DNA of 64,000 bases from assembly GCF_963921235.1 (NCBI RefSeq), contig NC_086108.1:49788001-49852000 (forward strand), written 5' to 3'. A model generated the notes under the pieces. It had not been told where the DNA came from, did no database searches, and was given only the letters and a program-made list of their open reading frames with translations. The translations under genes were made by a program, and so were the position numbers. The DNA is from Mobula hypostoma (lineage: Eukaryota). Below, one piece after another: positions 1 through 13,479 of this stretch (its first letter is position 1; each line of letters opens with the position of its first letter).

Positions 1-705
1 GAGGAATTAACAAACAGGATAGACAAAGGAGAATCGGTGGATGTTGTGTACTTGAATTTTCAGAAGGTGTTTGCCAAGGTACTGTACATGAGGCTACCTA
101 GCAACATAACAGCCCATGGTATTACAGGAAAGATACAAGCAATGACAGAGTGTTGGCTGATTGGCAGAAGGCAATGTGTGGGAATAAAGGGAACCTTTTC
201 TGATTGGCTTCTGGTGACTGGTGGTGGTCCGCAGGGACTGGTGTTGGGACGGCTTCTTTTTACATTGTATGTCAATGATTTGAATTACAGAATTGATGGC
301 TTTGTCTAAGAAAGAATGTATTGACATTGGAGAGGGTTCAAAGGAGGTGCATGAAAATGATTCCGGGAATGAAAGGCTTATCATATGAGGAGTGTTTGAC
401 GGCTCTGGGCCTGTACTCGATGGAATTTCGAACAATGAAGGGAGATCCCATTAAAACCTGTCGGATGTTGAAAGGCCTAGATATAGTGCATGTGGAGGGG
501 ATATTTCCTATAGGGGGGATGTCTAGAACCAGTGGGGAAAAACTCAAAATAGAGGGACATCTGTTTAGAATGGAGACTATGAGGAATTTCTTTAGCCAGA
601 TGTGGTGAATCTGTGGTATTTGTTACCACATGCGGCTGTGGAGGTCAGGTCACTGGATATATTTCAGACGCAGGTTGATAGATTTTTGATAAGTCAGGGC
701 ATAGA
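1..705 (+). mobile_element. CR1-clade LINE 3' fragment (decayed RT, internal deletion)
   Basis: ORFs 37-309 (VDVVYLNFQK..., GPQGLVLG..LFTLYVNDL) and 321-608 (LERVQRR..KMIPGMKGLSYEE.L) are typical CR1 ORF2 motifs. Confidence 0.85.
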
Positions 706-708
706 AGG

Positions 709-1016
709 AGATAAGTTATTAGCTTCAAACTTTCTGCATAATCACTCAAAGAGATGAACTGCATGTGCATGTAACGAGAGCTGTATAACTCATCTCTTTC
801 CCCCTTAGGCTACGAACTTATCAATCACCCCTGCTGTGGAGCACTTTCTGGAGGTCCAAGACACCGACTTCTACAAAGAAGGGATCCGTATGCTCCACGA
901 CCGCTGGACTAAGTGTGTAAATGTAGGAGGGGACTATGTTGAAAAATAAATGTGCTAGGTTTTTAAAAATTGACTCCTTCTACCTTAGGCCACAAACTTA
1001 TCAATCACCCATCGTA
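709..1016 (+). mobile_element. mariner-derived non-autonomous remnant
   Basis: 869-949 translates FYKEGIRMLHDRWTKCVNVGGDYVEK*, a mariner transposase C-terminus. The TIR-like block aacttatcaatcaccc occurs twice, and the element ends in ...tcgTA. Confidence 0.75.
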
Positions 1017-1599
1017 CTTGCCTGAATTTCTTGCTGTGTGTTTGCTCCTAACAACTCAGACATTTCTTTCCATGTTGTTTGTCTAAATATAACGGGAAAT
1101 CATTAGTATTGATCTGAATATATAATGTTTTCTGAGGGCATTGCCTTCATGTGCTGTGAGTCTTGTATGCGTGACAGGGAGAAACATGGAGATGTACAGC
1201 ATAGACGGAGACCATTTGTCCCTTCCTGTCAATGCTCATGGACTTGAGCTTCAAGAGACAAAAGTTATAAGTGGGAAAATGAGAAAGAATCAAGTGATTT
1301 TTTCACTGATTTTTTTTTAATGTTGTCTGTCCTCACCTTCTGATGTGTGTAGGTGCATTTATCTAATTTCTCTATTACATGAGTAACCAGCAGGAAATAT
1401 ATTCTATTGCAAAATTTTCCTTACTTCACAGATTAGGTAGTTAATCAAGATTCTGTCTGTTGCTTTTTAACAATTTCAAAGCGAAGCCTTCAGTATCCTT
1501 CTTCAAACAAAATCATCGGAAAAGATCTGCAGACTGGTTACGTTGAATTACATAACAATAATGACTGTGAACCATCAGAAACCATAGCTTATAACTCTC

Positions 1600-3660
1600 C
1601 CTGCAGACTTCAAAGCAGTCACCATCATTCCAGTGCCCAGGAGAGTAACGATAACTGGCCTAAACGATTAGTGTTCAGTGGCACTGAATGCTTTGAGCAG
1701 CTGATAATGGATAACACAAAATACCACCTTCCAGCTACAGTACATTAGACCTTTCCAGTTTGTTTACCACTCAAAATGGTCCATTGATGACCATGGAGAG
1801 CCTTGGCTCTCCACTCTGTCCTGTCTCACCTAGAAAACGATGCCTCATACACCAGGATGCTGTTCATCGGCTTCAGGCCAATGTTTAACATGATCATCCC
1901 TCAGAAGCAGGTGAGTAAACTGTCCTCATTGGGACATAACACCCCTCTCTGCAACTGGATTTTGGACTTCTTAATGGAACAACCCCATCAGTCCAAGTTG
2001 GCAGCAACATCTCAAGCTCCACTGATGAAGTTTTAAGGGTATTGGGGAAGTAAGAAATAATTCTTGGACTCTTATAAATAATAGGCTAAAATTGCATACA
2101 AAATTCTGTTTATTCTGCTCTGAGTAATCCACCTGAGGCAAGTTTCAGACTAATGACCTTGCAGATATCTCCTGACTATGCTGTGTTCTGGGGGTTAGGT
2201 TCTGCTTATCGGTTGCACACATCCTGTCTTATGGTTTCACAAGAAATGAGCTAAGTACCCCCGTTTGTTTAGGGCAAGGGAGGACTCACTGACAAGGATG
2301 GGAATGAACATGTCTGTAATTAAGTCAGGGCCTACCAAAGGGAATAACTGATAAGGACTGGACAGTACATCCATCTGTAATTAAAACCTTGATTTAGTAG
2401 ACTCTCTTATCTAAGTAATTAAGTTTTGCTCCAGCAGACTTGGTGGGAATACCAGTTGAACTAAGTGCTCTTTGTCTCGCTAGTTCTATAAATTGTAATG
2501 TTTCTGTATGTTAGACAGAGTTCTGATATGAGCCCCCAGAGCGAGAGGAGCTCTGTCCCTCTGGTGTTTGGCTCTGCACCTCTTGCTGGCTGAGTTTGAA
2601 CAAATAAACTGGTGAAAAGGATAAAGTAAAGAACTGTTTGTGGTGTGGTTATTGGTCTGGCGAATTTAAGTTTACACCACCACACTGAGCACTAGTGTCC
2701 CTCAGGGCCATGTGCTCAGCCTGCGGCTGTTCACGCTGCTGACTCACAACTGCACTGCCAGATTCAACTCAGAACGCATCATCAAGTTCATTGATACTAC
2801 AGTGGTTGCCCTCATCAGCAACAATGATGAGTCATACAGAGAGGAGGTTGACAGACTGGTCAAATGGTGCAAGTACAACAACCTAAGACAAAAGACATGA
2901 TTGTAGCCTTCAGGAAGGCACAGGTCGACCACTCCCCATTGCACATCTATGGCTCTGCTGTGGAGAGACTGAACGGCGCTAAGTTCCTTGGTGTGCACAT
3001 AACAGATGATCTAACCTGGACCAACAACTCTTCTTCACTGGTCAAGAAGGCACAGCAATGTCTACACTTTCTGAGGAGACTGAGGTGTGCAAGCCTCCCT
3101 GCCCCATTCTAACAACTTTCTACAGGAGCACTATCGAGAGTGTACTGTCTGGCTGCATCACTGTGTGGTAAGGAGGCTGCAAGACACTAGAGCAGACAGT
3201 TAAAACCACCAAGAGGATCACCAGGGTCTACCTCCCCCCAGTTGTGAAATTTACTGGGAGAGTTGCAGATGCAGGGCTCAAAGCATTGTTGATGATCCCC
3301 ACCACCTGTCCCACAATCTCTCTGACCCACTATCAGGAGGAGGTAGAGAAGCATCAGGACTAGAACTGCCAAACTGTGTAACAGCTTTTTCCCTCAGGCT
3401 GTGAGGCTAATGAATACCCAGCCACCACCGTGGTCTTGTCACTAGGTCAGCGTGCTTTGTTACTGTATACTGTACTGTTTACTGTTTTGCTGTTAACTTG
3501 TGCTGCGTGCATTTTGAATTATATTTTATTAGCTTATTTATGGTAATATTTTGGTTTTGGTGCTGTGGTGTTCTATGCTTTATGAGTGCACCATGATCCA
3601 GAGGAATATTGCTTCATTTGGTTGTGTATCTGTACAGTCAGATGGCAGTAAATTTGAACC
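1600..3660 (+). mobile_element. Rex1/Babar-type LINE, 5'-truncated and decayed, interrupted by a solo LTR
   Basis: ORF fragments ALHSVLSHLE..YTRMLF, LCNWILDFL, KFLGVHITDDLTW, KKAQQCLHFLRRL. Confidence 0.85.
2023..2676 (+). mobile_element. solo LTR (654 bp) inserted in Rex1 LINE
   Basis: TG...CA termini, 4-bp TSD CCAC (2019-2022 / 2677-2680), AATAAA near 2603; the LINE sequence resumes exactly across it. Confidence 0.75.
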
Positions 3661-4584
3661 TTCAGATTTGATGTGATTAGCAACAAATTTTACACAGATG
3701 AGTTATTGCATCCTTGATTATGCTATCTGAAACAGTGGCAGAAACAAGTTCAATCATTACACTCAAAATGGAATTGGATAATTCATTGAAAGATAAAAAT
3801 CCATTGAGCCACAGAGAAGTAACAGCCCAGTGGGATTAAACAAAACACTGCAACACAATCATAAGGGGTTGATGTACTTCTATGACACACTCTGAAGTCA
3901 TGAAAGATGCTACATATAATCCTTTCTCCAACTGGATGCATTAGGCACAATTATTTTGTAATATTAATTTTACATTGTCTGTTCATTCACATATCCTATT
4001 TGCATTGAAGGGATGCAGTTTTAGAAAATATTACAAAATCTTTCCAGTCGGACTTAACATCACATTTCATTCAGATACTCTTGTAGACTTGCAAATCTTT
4101 GTTTGAAAGATTATTCCTAATCACAATACCTTTAAGTCAATAATCACACAGTTCTCTGCCGTCGTTCCTCTGCAACCTGCTGACATTTTAAAGCCAGATT
4201 ACAGAACTATAGCAGTATTAGTGAGAGCTTTAGAAAATGTCTACCTTAACTGAAATGCTGTCACCAGTAAGTCAACAGGATTGATTTAGACTCTAGGTTT
4301 TTCAATTAAAGATGTGTGAGCATCGCACCACAATTAATGCTGAGTTGGTTCTTATTCCAGACTGTCTCTCTTAAGAATTATAGCAGCCAATCAAATCAGT
4401 TAGTCAATGTTTTAGAGTAACAGTTACACATGAACAAGACAATATTTTCACACAGGTGGAAGAATACAAAAACAAAATAAAAGAGGAGCAGGAGTAGGTC
4501 TGTAGTCCCTGAATCTTGTCCTGCCATTCTATATAATCATGGCTGACCTACCCTGGACCTCAACTCCAACACAACCATTCCCTC

Positions 4585-5190
4585 AGTTCTCATTGGCAAG
4601 CTCTGAAACACGAGTCTCTGTACCTTGATCTGCATATGGATCATTGACTTCCTCACCGAGGTAACACAGTCTGTGTGGATTGGTCCTATCGAGGATCTAT
4701 CCTGGGCCCAACATATTGATGCAATTACAAAGAAGGCACGAGGACAGCTATATTTCATTAGGAAGTTGAGGAGAACTGGTATATCACCAAAGGTACAGAC
4801 AAATTTCTACAGATGTACCATGAAGAGCATTCTAACTGTTCGCATCACTGTCTGGTATGGAGGGGCCAGTGCACAGGATTGGAAAAAGCTGCAGAAAGTT
4901 GCAAACGCAGCCAGCTCCATCATGGGCACCAGCCTCCCCAGCATCCAGGCCACCTTCAAAAGGTGATGCCTCAAAAAGGCAGCATCCATTATGAGGGACC
5001 CCTTCACACAGGATATGCCCTCTTCTCATTGCTACTATCATAGGAGGTGGTACAGGAGCCTGAAGACAAACACTCAATTTTTCTGGAACAGCTTCTTACC
5101 CTCCTCCATCAGGCTACTGTCTGGACAGCGAACCCATGAAAATAACTTCAGTATTTTTTCCTCTCTTTTTGCACTACTTATTTAATTTAG
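4585..5190 (+). mobile_element. Rex1/Babar LINE 3' fragment
   Basis: ORF 4625-4966: EDLSWAQHIDAITKKARGQLYFIRKL...NFYRCT. Confidence 0.8.
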
Positions 5191-5195
5191 ATGTG

Positions 5196-7845
5196 TGTAA
5201 TCCCCGATTAAAATGTCTACAGCTATGCTGTAAGTATTTCATTTTAGCAGTTTTCTGCAAAAGCAGTGTGTCCTGCTTGTAGAATGTATTGCTTTCAGCT
5301 AAAGATACGAAGCCCTGTTGTTCAACTTAGGAATGTTGTATCAGCCAGTCAGGATGGTGGGGTCTGGAGGAGGTTCCAGAGAGAGCGCGCAGAGAGAGAT
5401 TTGTGACGGACAGTCGTCTGGTTTGGGGTCTTCTGGTGAGAGCTGTGGTGCGGGACAGAAGGGAAAATGCTGCAGGATGCCATGGAAGGAGATTCCCCAT
5501 TGCAAGAAGTGCCTTGTGCAGAAAGAGTGGCTCCAAAGAGTAAGGGCCAATTCTCCTGAGAGAGAGCAAGTTCGTTCAAGTTGGACTTTGAGGGAAGTTC
5601 AGACTGTGGTGGGCGCTTTCACGCAGACCGTGGGTTTGGCACTGGGAGTAACATTTATACCCAGCTTTTAGAAGAGATAAGCTTCAGCGTTGATGTGCAC
5701 ATTTAGACTGGTCAAACTGTAATGGACCCTTATATTTTTTCCTTCTTTCTTTTAATAACTGTTTGATAAAGCTGAAATTGGTAAATATACTTTCTTCATA
5801 ATTTTATGTGGTGTTCGAAGTTATTTCTTGCTGACTGATAACAGTGTACAGGCCATATTTACATAGCACTCACTCAAATTGACGTTTCTTTAATCGGAAC
5901 ACCATGACATTCCTGTTTGGTAGAACCCAAGTCATACCGACCCTGGATGTTTATTGTTTATGAAAGGTGGCCTTCTCACTGCTGAGTCACATGGCTGTTA
6001 GCAAAGTTAGCTAATGATTCGAGTTTGTACATGAGCCTGGTGAGAGGGTTACATTTGTGAGGAATGTCGTCTGGGTTCCGAATACTATGTGAATACTGTT
6101 TAAGAACTGACTGCGCTGTCTGTGTGTTTAAGGCTGTAATTAAACTAGTATCAGGGAAAGAGATTAAGGTACTTTATAATGAATGCCACAGGGATTAAAG
6201 TTTGGTGCAATCCAAAGAGGTTATCCACAAATAATGCTTGTGTTCTGAGTGGGGTGGAGATCTGAAGCCCTAATGAACTGTTACTCAGAGTACTGAGTTC
6301 TGTAAAAGTGTTGGGGAAACTTACCCTGACTGATCGTCGTTTTGACCAATCAGCTGGTAAGGATGTCATGTTAGTCCAGACTATCAGTGACGTGACTGAA
6401 CTCGTGCTGCCCAATACCTTAGGAGGCTCTGGAGAGGTGGGGCCATGGGCAGTCCATATTTTCAGAGAAGGGGGGAAGGTAGCTGAGGCGAAGACTTAAA
6501 AAACAAGTTGTTCCTGTTTCTGCTAAGTGAGGGAAAAGAGTTGTCTGATGTAAAATGTCCAATGGGTTCTTCAGTGGTTGATTTAAATTCCGAGCTGGGT
6601 TTGGCTATTGCATCACTGGCTGATAAATGCAGAAGTGTATCTGCGGACAGCTAAGGTTATTGTAGGCTGGGAGTGTTCTCTGCAGTCAAATCCACACCTG
6701 ATGGGGAATAAGAATATAAGGCTTGGGCTGAGCAGGCATCTTAGTTACTGGATGAATGGCCGTGCTCATATAGTAGGGAAAAACAGAGATTGGTAGAGAG
6801 TTTAAAGATTCTGGCGGCTGATATAGTGAAGTTCTTAAAGGCAGAAAACCCATTGGCCATATCAGCTAATCACTTGCAAGCTCTGGAAGATGCTTTTGGC
6901 ATTGCTGGAAGTGCAGCCGATCTTACGATGAAGTTCAGGTACACATTCCATCAGGAAGAGAGGAGCTGTCAGCCTAGCTCTTTAGGTTGGAGAAACTGCA
7001 GCATTGTTTGTGCCAGAAAGGGGGCATTCAATCGTCTGATTGAAATTGCTTGAGGATGAAGCAAGTTATGATGGGCACATGACATGATTGTTCTACATAT
7101 TCGAATGATGCACAAGATACACCTTCCTCCATCCTTTACCGAGTTTTTCAGAGAAGTTAGAGAGCTAGAGAACATGATTGAGAAGCGGAACATTTCCTAA
7201 AGCCGAGTAATGTCTTCAATGGTAGCCTCTGCTGCTAAAGTGACTCCTGATGCCACGGAGATAGAGCTTTTGAGGAATAAGGTGGAAAACCTTTGGGCTG
7301 AGTTGATTCAATGGCTGTCTGTTAATGTTTCAACTAAGCATGATATGTCCGATGGGAAACCTGACCCACCTATAGGACTTAGAGCACAGAGGAAAGCTGC
7401 TAAAAAGGGTCTCTTGACTAGAGAGGCAACTGGTATTTTCTGATACAATTGTGGAGAAGATGGACATTTCAAGTGAGACTGAGGGACAGGAAAATCCTCA
7501 AAAAGCAATTCAGTGGTTAATCAAACAGAGAAAAAGCAAAACTATGGAGGGATCCAGTGAAGCACCAGGTTGGCATCTCAGAGAGAAAATGTTCCAATCA
7601 GTGTATCAAGGAGAATACTAAGGTACCAAACAGTATTCCTGAAGGTTTAGCAAGACCAAGCTCCGATGTGTCCATACAGATTGAAGGTGTTTATGCTGGA
7701 ACCATACTTGACACAGGTTCTCAACTTACTTTGCTTTATAGATCCTTTTACCACTGTTATTTGACTCATTTACCATTGATGCCACCTAGTGCCCTTGAGA
7801 ACTGGGAGCTTAGTAATGATGAGTACCTGTATTATGGTTACTTGT
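5196..7845 (+). mobile_element. Ty3/Gypsy LTR retrotransposon relic with PNMA-like gag, zinc knuckle and protease (5' LTR 5196-6053; 3' part lost)
   Basis: LTR bounded by TGTAA...TTACA. Frameshifted gag pieces (LVESLKILAADIVKFLKAENP...LQALEDAFG), knuckle remnant YNCGEDGHF near 7444-7470, and protease motif ILDTGSQLTLL in ORF 7557-7847. Confidence 0.8.
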
Positions 7846-8034
7846 AATTGTACTGCTGTCATAAAACAACAAATTTCACGACATATGCCCATGATATTAC
7901 ACCTGATTCGGGTTCCTCTTCTGTACCAGATCCTTAAAGCTCTCTTATAGTTCTCAATAAGTTTGCTATTCATTCCTCTAAACCCAAAAGAATACAGATC
8001 CCCAACTATTTAGCCTCCCTTGATTGTATAGATT

Positions 8035-8600
8035 CTACGTCTTCTACAGATGCACAGTAGAGAGCTTCTTAACAAGCTGCATCACTGCATGGTACGGACA
8101 CCGTACTGAGACAGACAGGAAGGGCCCACAACAGGTAGTCAAAACTACCCAGCGTATCAGCAGCACCAGTTTACCTGCTATCAAGGACATATGTATAAAA
8201 AGGTGCCAAAAAAGGGCCAGTAAGGATCTCACCCAGCCTGCCCTGTTTGTTCCATACCCATCAGGGAGTGGGCTACAAGGCATCCACACCAGAATCACCA
8301 GATTCAAAAATCCCAAGCATAAATGCTGATCAACACTTGCACCCACGAGCCCATTCTGCTACGCCCTTAACCACCACAACTTTATCATTTCCTCTCAGTC
8401 ACCTTATGAACACACTCCTATATCTAGCATCACTTTATGAACATACAATCAATCTATATATATCAGCTGTAATGCATTTATCTTTATTGTGCTTTTCTTC
8501 GTTATTATTGTGTTCTTGACCTTATTGTGCATTTTTTTCTGTGCTGCCTCGTATCCGGAGTAGCAATTATTTTGTTCTCCTTTACACCATGGAAGGAAAT
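8035..8600 (+). mobile_element. Rex1/Babar LINE 3' fragment
   Basis: ORF 8024-8329: FYRCTVESFLTSCITAWYG. Confidence 0.75.
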
Positions 8601-9055
8601 GACAGTCAACATTTCAGGTCAAGACCCTTCATCTGGACTGAAAGAGTGGAAGGAAGATAGCCAGTATAGAGGTGAGGGGAAGGGGTGGAGCAAGAGCTGG
8701 CAGGCAATAGGTGAATAGGGGTGACAGGCAGATGAAGGCGGGGCAACTGGAAATAGTAACAGAGACTGGGAGGTGGTAGGTGGAAGTAAGAAAGGGCTCT
8801 AGGTGCAGGAATATGTTGGTGATGGAGGGTGAAATATGGAACCAAATATGGAAGGTACGGTGGGCATATGGGTTCAGTAGGGGAAGGGGACCCAGTCAGA
8901 AGAGTGTGGATGATGGCCAGAAGGAGAAGGTGGAAGATGGGTCGGAAACAGAAGAAGGGGGGAAAGGAAAGCAGTCATTGGATCCATGTAGAAGGAAGTG
9001 GATAGATCAGCAGCAGAGAAAAACAGGACAGCAGGGGAGCAGCTTACCTGAAAGT
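8600..9055 (-). mobile_element. old Penelope-like pseudo-LTR fragment with degenerate hammerhead
   Basis: Minus strand cagtccagatgaagggtcttgacctgaaatgttgactg resembles the pLTR motif of younger copies; adjacent purine-rich tract. Confidence 0.6.
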
Positions 9056-9248
9056 GGACAGTTTTCCCCACACACACCCAACCGCTCTCCCCAAAATCCC
9101 AATCCCCCAATTTCTTTCTTCCCCCCTCTTCCACCTACTCCATCGGCCTGTCACTCACTTGGTCCAATTATCCTACTACCTCCCCCATTATATGGCAGAA
9201 TGTTGTGGCATCTGTTGGCTCAGTAAAACAAGCAATATTGATGAGCTT

Positions 9249-9785
9249 GGGGTGTATGGGGTGTCCATGGAGGGGTAGCACCTCTGGTGACAGGGTTTGT
9301 CATGTCCATTCCAGGGCAGCTCACTCTTCTTTGGTCCTCACTGGACACTCAACTCTCACCTCGGCTCCAAATAGCTGACTGCATGCAACAGTGGTCACTC
9401 CCCGGTACAATGCTTCGACAGACAAGCTAAAGTAGGTGAGGGTAGCTGGCGGCCTCATACACCAGTGAGGTAGGGGCATGCCTGTCCTGGCATGCGAAGT
9501 CACCTCTGGCAGACTGGGTGGATGAGAGCTACAGCAAGATCCAAGGGCCAGGAAGGCAGTTCTGCAACACTTCATGAAGAGTGAAGGGCATGACAAAGCA
9601 TAGAAGATGTCATGGTCATCCACTGCAACCAAGGAAGGCCCCAGTTTGTGAATCTTGTTCATATCACTGGACCTAGACTTCTGGGGTCAAGAGAGTGGAA
9701 ATGCCCTCGTGCTGCGGCTTTTCCACTTTAGAAGCTCTCCCGCAGAGGATTCCTGTCATCGTCGCACATGAGAGACAACCACCAC
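9249..9785 (+). mobile_element. unclassified non-coding retroposon-like insertion (537 bp)
   Basis: Flanked by the 10-bp direct repeat TGATGAGCTT (9239-9248 / 9786-9795); ends in accaccac; no recognisable coding capacity. Confidence 0.55.
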
Positions 9786-10076
9786 TGATGAGCTTAAGGT
9801 AGTGAGCTTTGCTATAGAGGCCAGCTTCCAACCTATGGCACTTAAATTAATCAATTATTTCTTAAAATCTTTCCTTCAAATGGGAATTCAGCAATTTTTT
9901 TGTCATTAAATAGCACACATTCAGCCTGAGGCTTCATACATTGACCTAGTCTGAAGTATTTTCCATCTTTTCCCTATTGTGGAGAAAGTGCCACGGGTGG
10001 TTTTCATAATCTTTGCAGAATGAGCTAAAATGCTTCAGTTGATCTTAGAAGTCCTTCATATTGCATCAGAGATGAT

Positions 10077-10090
10077 GTTGCCATGGTAAC
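10077..10090. promoter_or_regulatory. RFX X-box motif GTTGCCATGGTAAC
   Basis: Near-perfect palindromic match to the X-box consensus GTNRCC(n)RGYAAC, in apparently non-repeat sequence. Function untested. Confidence 0.4.
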
Positions 10091-10818
10091 CCATCATCAG
10101 CCTTATGCAAAAGCCAACTTGTGTGTCAAGAATGAAGGATTTTTTGCCGGAATAAGAACATGGCATTTCAAGTATAGAAGTCTCCCTTTTTTGGCACAAA
10201 TATCAGAAAACAAAAATGAATACACAAGGAACCATGGATAACCTTGACCTCCTTCAACCCTTCCTTGACCTTCTCAACACCATACACAGTCTTTAATACC
10301 TTGCCATCCAATGTTAAATTATTGCTTTCTAAATTGGCTACGCGGTTGCTAGTACAACTTCCCTGAAGTGGCAGGTCAAATGAAACTACGGAATGTCTGC
10401 GGAATGTCAGTGATGTTTCAAAGCAGTGCACAGCAAAGAATTATTATATCCTGTATAATATTAACAAAATAGGCTACTCACAATATATCCATGGGTACAA
10501 TTTGCTCTTTTTTGGTACTAACATGCACATTTTACCACCTAAATACTTTAGTTTCTAAATAATTGCCATTGAATTTTTTTGTGTCCAATGTTTTGCAATC
10601 TCAAACCAGAATAGCAAAAGCTATCAATGGACTCAAACCTAATAAGTTGCCTCTGGAACTACTCGGGAAACAAATGTTTAAGTGTGACTATTCTTTTGTA
10701 CATTACTGTAAATAAAACAATAAAGTTAGAGTATTTGCCCGAGCCAGTTCTCATATTTCATATTCTTTCTCAAAGATAGTGGTTCCTGTTGGCATTTCCA
10801 GGAACAATAGATCAATCA

Positions 10819-10964
10819 ACAGGAATTCTGCAGATGCTGGAAATTCAAGCAACACACATCAAAGTTGCTGGTTAGTCCTGACGAAAGGTCTCGGCCTGAA
10901 ACTTCGACTGTACCTCTTCTTAGAGATGCTGCCTGGCCTGCTGCGTTCACCAGCAACTTTGATG
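10819..10964. mobile_element. miniature fold-back Penelope pLTR insertion
   Basis: 15-bp TSD ACAATAGATCAATCA (10804-10818 / 10965-10979). Inverted segments catcaaagttgctgg / ccagcaactttgatg. Hammerhead-like motif at 10874-10910. Confidence 0.8.
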
Positions 10965-11354
10965 ACAATAGATCAATCAGTCCTTTTGGCCTCTCTTGTC
11001 ATTAAGTTCACCAGTGACCCTGACCTTCATTCTAAACAAATACCCTTTTCCCATATCTCTTGACATCTTTACCAAAAAAAAACCCATTGCTACACCTTCA
11101 GTTGTTTCATTGAAATCTGGAGTCCAGTAAATAATTAAATAGAGAAAGAGAAAATATTCAAAATATTCAGTGGATCAGGCAGCAAGATGGAAAGTGAAAC
11201 AAGGTTAACATTTCAGATTGAAAGCAGAACTGAAAAGAGAGTAAACAAATTAGTTTTAAGTTACAGGGAGAGTGTGATGAGGAGAAACAGGACAGAGGGA
11301 ATTTTCCAACAGGGTAAGGCCAATGTTTGTCATGGTTGTTATGACTGTTGAAGC

Positions 11355-12770
11355 ACTTGCTTCAAGCAGGCTGCAATCATACCAGTGCCCAAGAAGAGCA
11401 TGGTGACTTGTCTAAACGACTATCGCCCAGTGCCACTTACATCCACAGTGATGATGTGTTTGAGAGGCTGGTGTTGAAGCATATCAGTTCCTGTCTGAGC
11501 GGTGACTTGGAAATGCTCCAATTCGCCTACTGAAGTAACATGTCTACAGCAGATGCTATCTTGTTGGCTCTTCACACAACTCTAAATATCTGGTCAGCAA
11601 AGATATTGTTTAATCAATTACAATTCGGCATTTAACAGTATTATCCCCTCAAAACTCATCAGTAAATTCCAAGACCTGGCTCTCAATACCTCCTTGTGCA
11701 ATTCCTCACTTGTACTGGATTTCCTCACTTGTCGACCCTAGTCAGTTCGGATTGGCAAAAACATCTCCTCCACAATCTTCATCAGCACAGGAGCACCACA
11801 AGGATGTGTACTTAGCCCCCTGTTCTACTTGTTTTACACCTATGACTGTGTGGCTAAGTACAGCTCCAACACCATGTACAAGTTTGCTGAAGACTCCGCT
11901 GCTATTGTGGGCCGTATCAGAGGGGGTGATTAAACAGCATACAGGAGGGAGATTGAACATTTGGCTGAGTGGTGTAATAACAACAACCTCTCACTCAATG
12001 TCAATAATACCAAAGAAATGATGGTAGAATTGGGAAACCAATGAGCCAGTAATCATCAGAGGATCAGAGGTGGAGAGGGTCAGTAACTTTAAATTCCTGG
12101 GTGTCACTATCTCAGAGGACCTATTCTGGACCTATCATATAAACGTAATTGCAAGAAAGCATGGCAGCACTTCTACTTCCTCGGGAGTCTGCAGAATTAC
12201 AGCATGTCATCAAAAACCTTGGCAAACTTCTATAGATGTGTGGTGGAAATTGTGCTGACTGGCTTCATTACGGCCTGGTATGGGAACACCAATGCCTTTG
12301 AGTGGAAAATCCTACAGAAGGTAGTGGAAAAACCGGGTAAAAGCCTCCCAACCATTGAGCACATCTGCATGAAACACTGCTGTAGAAAAGCAGCAACCAA
12401 CGTCAAAGATCCTCACCACCCAGGCCACACTCTTTTTTCATTGCTGCCATCAGGTAGAAGGTGCAAGTGCCTCAGGACTCACACCACCAGGTTCAAGAAC
12501 AGTTACTACCCCTCAATCATCAGGCTCTTAAGCAAAGGGGATAACTACACTCATTTAAGGACTCTTTTATCTTTTTTTTTCATGCTCGTTATTTATTGCT
12601 ATTTATTTATTATCTGCATTTGCACAGTGTGTTTAGTTTACTGTTCCTGATGTTTACAGTTTACAGTTACTGTTCTACAGATTTGCTAAGTATGCCCACA
12701 GAAAAAGAATCTCAGGGTGTATGTGGTGACATGTTTGCATTCTGATAATAAACTTTACTTTGAACTTTGA
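11355..12770 (+). mobile_element. Rex1/Babar LINE 3' portion
   Basis: ORF pieces [60 protein letters not shown]; tail aataaactttactttgaactttga. Confidence 0.85.
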
Positions 12771-12771
12771 C

Positions 12772-13479
12772 TGTGATCAAAGTCACTGAGAGACACAGAA
12801 GCTGGTGGTACAGAAGTCTTTATTCATCACAACACGCAGGCATCATTCTGGAGACACTCTCAGTAGAGGCTCACAAACTGAAAAGTACAACATATTTTTA
12901 TACCCTTAAGATCAAAGGGAACAGTTAGAATGACATTATTTAACTTCAATACTTTGGGTTGGCAAATAGTTCTTTTGAGATTTATAGTGGAAGCACATTG
13001 CAATTGATAGGACACCATTGAAGGTCAAAACACCTTTGGGAGAAATTAATTAACACAAATATTCTAAAATCTTCTGATGACCAAAAGTCAGGCACCAAAA
13101 ATTAATGACTGTCTCTGAATATACAAATATCCTAATTACACAAGAACTCTTGATTACCTGTGGTACATCTGTGACCATGTTTGACATACTAGTGATGACA
13201 TCCATCTGGTCCGCCAGCTTGAACTCAAACCAGAATGGTGCAAAGGACTTGGCCATGTTGCTCGGCTTGATGCAAGCCAATTAACACTACCTTCTTGTCT
13301 TAATGTTTGGCTGTTGCATATGAAATCTCTTAGTCTGTGGGCCTATTTAACTTCAATTTACTGCTTGCAATTTACAATAAGAACTGAAGGCTAACTGCAA
13401 GCTTCCTGAAGTGATATACATTAGCAAGTAGAACTGAAGACTGGTTCTGCTATATTCACATACCTCTAAGAGGATCACA
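12772..13479 (-). mobile_element. probable solo LTR
   Basis: Inverted termini TGTGATC...GATCACA and a minus-strand AATAAA near 12818. No clear TSD seen. Confidence 0.5.

Noticed and set aside
8780..9226. 148-aa low-complexity ORF
   Set aside because: It comes from purine- and pyrimidine-rich pLTR-related sequence that lacks stops by composition.
9249..9360. HDV-like ribozyme at the 5' end of the unclassified element (UCCUCAC resembles the L3 loop)
   Set aside because: I could not build P3, P1.1 and P2 in the required order.
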